Source of the DNA: Octopus sinensis
Taxonomy: Eukaryota
Reading direction: 5' to 3'
Length of the DNA stretch: 64,000 nucleotides
Assembly (NCBI RefSeq): GCF_006345805.1
Contig: NC_043006.1
Location: forward strand, 14,880,001 to 14,944,000
Shown: one piece after another, positions 60,990 through 64,000 of the stretch
Numbering within the stretch: position 1 is the stretch's first letter
Layout of the letters: every line of letters begins with the position of its first letter
Translations under genes and position numbers: made by a program
The notes under the pieces: model-generated
What the model saw: only the letters and a program-made list of their open reading frames with translations
What the model was told of the DNA's origin: nothing
The model's database searches: none

Positions 60990-62200
60990 ATTCCCCCAAA
61001 AGAAGGAGGCTTGCTAGGGTTACTCGTGGAAATCCCACAAAACCATGGTTACGCTGACCACTAAAACTTGTGTCGTCCTTCTCCTTTAATCTACAGGCCC
61101 ATTCACTCGGACCATTCTCGCCACCCTCATCCACCTCTCAATAAATTTGCCAGGGGGCAGCACTTCCCTCTTCAACAACAGTTTCTTTTCAAGTGAAATG
61201 TAAAAACGTTGATGAGGGCTTGGCCAGAGAGGGCGGAGTCTGTCTTCAGCCTTTTCAGTCTGGTACACTGCATAACCTCTTCCGCTAAGGCCGCCAGGCA
61301 TATAAAATATATTGCCTATTTTTCCCAGCCAAAACAAGGCAGCGGGTCGATCTTCACAATGGACTCAACCGATTGCCGTATCCGTCCCACACGTGACAGC
61401 ATGTACAACAGTTTCGTCGTTCAGCGCGCATGTCGAACAGACCCGCCTGACGGAATTTTCGTGCCTGTAGTGATGATTTCGCACCGGCAATGCCAGTCCA
61501 TAGATTTCTGGAAGTTATACATGGGCCCCGACCCAAAAGTCTTCCGGAATGTTAGTTAAATTTTCGTCGACAACTACAGTTTCTTCGAGAACGTCGTTGC
61601 ACTTGCTCACCACTAACCCTCTATATAAAGTCATGGGAAGAATTCCACCAACTGCTCTAGGTCAAGCACTCTGTCTTGACCCAGGACGACAGCTCTGTCG
61701 AAGAGATGAACTATGGAGAAATCCGCCTTACAAACTGTGACTACATTTATTTATCATCAAAGAACTGCTAGATACGTGGCAGTCTCAGTGCATATCTGCG
61801 TACTGTCACCTACAGCAAGCTCAGTCCACGCAGCAGGTGATTGATAGCAAACGGAGCACCTGACCAGAGGAACGTGTCTCTTTCACAAAAAAAGCGGAAG
61901 AGTAGACGTTCCAATCCGGTCAGACGTGAGCCGGGGCCAGAGACGACGGTCAGGCGTTAATATATAACGGAGGATGACCATAAGTCCCCTAGAAGTTAAG
62001 ACCAATGCATTGGACGAAAGACGACACATAAAAGAAGGCAAAATGGAGTCGTCAGAAATAAAAGGTATAGCAAAAGGTTTAACAATAAAATTTAACAAAA
62101 TTTCAACGAGAAAAATTCTCCAATAGGAGAAAATTTTGAGGGGAATCTCACACAAAACCTCGGACATCTCTGCCATATCCAAAGGTATCAAAAGTGTTAT
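60990..62200 (-). mobile_element. Tx1/L1-like LINE 3' fragment
   Basis: Minus translation ...LSRVGRIRQSVESIVKI...HLKRK...GKFIERWMRVARMVRVNG; homologous to 56480-56960 and 63090-63720. Confidence 0.7.
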
Positions 62201-62615
62201 CAATAATGGTATATAATTTAGGCACAAGGCCAGCAGTTTTGAGGGGAGTTAATCGACTGCCTTCACCCTAGTACTTGAGTGGTACTTTATCTTATCGACT
62301 CTGAAGAGATGAGAAGTAAAGTTGACCTCGAAGATCCAGGACAAATACCGCAAGGTATCCTCCCCTTCCCCCACATTAACGATTCTGCTAATCATGGTTC
62401 TAACAACTCAGAATGAGGAATGACGAAATTGACTTCAGGTGGATTTGAATTCTGAACGCAAAGTGTCGGAACGAATGCTCGAATGTTGAGAGTAATGTTC
62501 TGACACTCGAACGAGTCTGTCAATTATGATATCTTTTATTGTCCATAACAGCGCAAAACGTTAGGAGACAGTACAATAGCTAGAAACAAGAGTAGTAGTA
62601 GTAGTAGTAGTAGTA

Positions 62616-62652
<37 letters not shown>

Positions 62653-62999
62653 TAATAATAATAATAATAATCCTTTCTACTATACGTACAAGGTCAAAAA
62701 TTTTTGTGGCTGGAGTAGCCAATTACATCGACCCGAGTGCTCAACTGGTACTCATTTTATCGACGCCGAAAGGTAAAGTCAACCTCGGTAGAATTTGAAC
62801 TCAGAACGTAAAGACGGACAAAACACTGCTAAGCGCTTTGTCCAGAGTGCTGACGGTTCTGCCAGCTCGCCACCTCAATAACAAATATAACAATGAAATA
62901 ACAATTAGAAACTGTCCCCAAATAGGGTAGGGAACCACCTAAGATAATTCGGGCGTAAGAAGCCCTTAGAAAGTTATGGATTACTTTGCCGCATCAAAG

Positions 63000-63720
63000 G
63001 CTTCGAAAACGCTATCTATTAGTGTTCTTGTTCAGAGCTGCATAATCTAAGTAAGCTCTTTAGTAAAACACATTGCAAGACAGTATCTCTCCGACTCCAT
63101 CCTCATGCTGCTCTTGAGATGATATCTGAAGAAGCTGATGAGGGCTCGGCCAGAGAGAAAAGAACCCTGTGCTTGAATCTTTCGACTATTTTCCTATACC
63201 TTAAAAATAAAACCTCAAAACACAAAAACAAAATCAGACAGCGGAAAACTGTCCGCCCTTCCGAGCCAATGAAAGGCGGCGAATCATTCTTCACAACAGA
63301 CTCAGCTGATAGCCGGATCCACCCTACACGTGACAACAGCTGTTCGATACGAGCCCACCAAGTCGGCAATGTCAGTCATTGAACAAGTACGTGTGTAGGA
63401 CGATTTTCGACGGTCGGCGCACAGCTCGAAAATTAAATGCTTGACTGAGTTTGGTACATCTGCTGACGCCTCCTTGCACCATTGACAGGTCAAGAAATTT
63501 CGGAAATAACCTTTGATTTCCGTCCTTGCAGAAAAAAAGCAAGTGCACACTGTCCGGAATCGTTCCCAGCTCACATTGTCTTATAAATTTCTATAGAATT
63601 ATGACAGTTGAATCTTCACAGACCGCACCGTTCTCTCTGAAAGCAGAGTGCAAAGTGAATGCCTGGCACCGTTCCAGACGCTTTTATTACCACCAGGGAC
63701 ACCGATGAAAACATATAATA
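63000..63720 (-). mobile_element. Tx1/L1-like LINE 3' fragment
   Basis: IEQLLSRVGWIRLSAESVVK...EGRTVFRCL. Confidence 0.7.
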
Positions 63721-64000
63721 ATGCTGGATGAATAAAACGAACATTAAGGGAACCCGACCAACCAACCAAACATTAATGCATTCATACAAGGGTGGCGGCG
63801 GGGTGGGGTGCGGAAGGTAAAGGAAATATATCGACCCCCCAGTAATTAAATAGTAATTACTTTATCGCTATCAGAAGTATTAAACGACAAATTCGACCCC
63901 GGTGAGATGTAAATAAATACTGCAAAATATATCGATCGGTTCGCAGCCGATTTTTGGTACAATTCTCTCCTAATATGTATGTATATAATTATCCGTGAAG

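Overview
This is an AT-rich, microsatellite-dense animal genomic window. The repeat content is most consistent with an octopod cephalopod (inference). It holds one clear host gene: a DUF229-family (alkaline-phosphatase/sulfatase-like) type II membrane protein on the minus strand, 4326..2401, with an uninterrupted CDS preceded by a splice acceptor at 4457. The remaining ~60 kb is almost all transposon-derived: CR1/L2-like, RTE and Tx1/L1-like LINE fragments, four tRNA-headed SINE types, Tc1 and hAT relics, non-autonomous Helitrons, GG-terminal MITEs/foldbacks, and Penelope-like (GIY-YIG) fragments. There are also very long (TA)n/(AAT)n tracts and a 100-N gap. The most notable unannotated signal is a set of type I minimal hammerhead ribozymes. 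Three near-identical copies sit in a ~470-bp tandem repeat plus an inverted partial copy at 38.8-39.9 kb, a retrozyme/Penelope pLTR architecture. Further unrelated hammerhead or hammerhead-like motifs occur at 20.65, 22.95, 30.7, 45.9, 47.6 and 54.0 kb. The window is also unusually rich in long palindromes and inverted repeats. Most short ORFs in the supplied track are microsatellite or repeat artefacts. Repeat boundaries are approximate unless a TSD or TIR is quoted, and clade and family names come from motif recognition, not database searches.
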